Assembly (NCBI GenBank): GCA_011364965.1
Contig: RDOB01000003.1
Coordinates: 400,939-464,938, forward strand
Origin: Candidatus Heimdallarchaeota archaeon
GTDB lineage: Archaea; Asgardarchaeota; Heimdallarchaeia; Hodarchaeales; Hodarchaeaceae
DNA length: 64,000 nucleotides
Reading direction: 5' to 3'
The position numbers were made by a program, and so were the translations under genes. The notes under the pieces are model-generated. The model worked only from the letters and a program-made list of their open reading frames with translations, was not told where the DNA came from and ran no database searches. Shown one piece after another: positions 63,485 to 64,000 of the stretch (positions are counted from its first letter, which is position 1; each line of letters opens with the position of its first letter).

Positions 63485-64000
63485 TTAATTTAATCCTGAA
63501 AGAAAAAAACCCACTAAGAAGGCAATAATAGCTGCACTGCCACCAACAATAAGCATTTCTAATCCTGATTTATACCAGATTTTGCCAGTGACTCGTACTT
63601 TCAAAGCTCCCAAAATAAATAGTGTTATTCCAGTTAAGAAACTAGCTATCCCAAAAGAAAAAGAACTCATTCCAGGTAAAAATAAAGTAGAAATGTAAGC
63701 TGCTAATGGTATAAACCCGAAAATAGCAAATGAAATAAAAGTAATAAGCCCATTTTTCATTGGAGATTCATCTGTTTTTACTATACCAAGTTCTTCGACC
63801 ATCATAATATCAATAAAAGCTTGTTTATTCGAGCTTAGGATTTCAACGACTATTACAGCATCCTCATAAGAAATCCCCTTCTCTGTGTAAATTTCAATCA
63901 TTTCCTTTTTCTCTCCCTCAAGAAAATTCTCCACTTCCCATTCTTCCCTATTTCGTTCCTCTTCTTGATATTCTAATTCCGATCGAGTACTAAGATAGTC
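63485..64000 (-). CDS. VIT1/CCC1 family metal transporter (5' truncated by the window edge)
   Basis: Frame is open to 64000 (DYLSTRSELEY..EEWEV). MMVEELG, FGFIPL and LGALK motifs. Confidence 0.88.
   Translation of the reverse strand, partial: DYLSTRSELEYQEEERNREEWEVENFLEGEKKEMIEIYTEKGISYEDAVIVVEILSSNKQAFIDIMMVEELGIVKTDESPMKNGLITFISFAIFGFIPLAAYISTLFLPGMSSFSFGIASFLTGITLFILGALKVRVTGKIWYKSGLEMLIVGGSAAIIAFLVGFFLSGLN

Overview
AT-rich, gene-dense archaeal chromosomal DNA, almost certainly from an Asgard archaeon (probably Heimdallarchaeia/Hodarchaeales-like; this is inference). The window has a eukaryote-like actin, a probable longin/uDENN-type protein, and secreted enzymes ending in a S/T linker, a TM helix and a basic tail. 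Other content: an ArsR/disulfide-oxidoreductase unit, an orphan DUF1156 adenine methylase, two complete TldD-PmbA pairs flanking an apparently dead methylase-like gene and an orphan three-gene unit, a BRCT protein, SCP2 plus an atypical M24 enzyme, and a receiver/PPDK_N protein divergent from gdhA. Further on: a GAF-4xPAS pseudo-kinase, a saccharopine-DH/FGGY/GH4/HAD run, metal transporters (P1B-ATPase, FTR1, VIT1), three paralogous small wHTH proteins, an SPL-like radical SAM with a PolX-like tail, a CARF-like wHTH regulator facing a transglutaminase-like gene, GH31, a metallophosphoesterase and an MFS transporter. No rRNA, tRNA, CRISPR array, transposase or integrase was recognised. All calls come from motif reading by eye; no searches were run.
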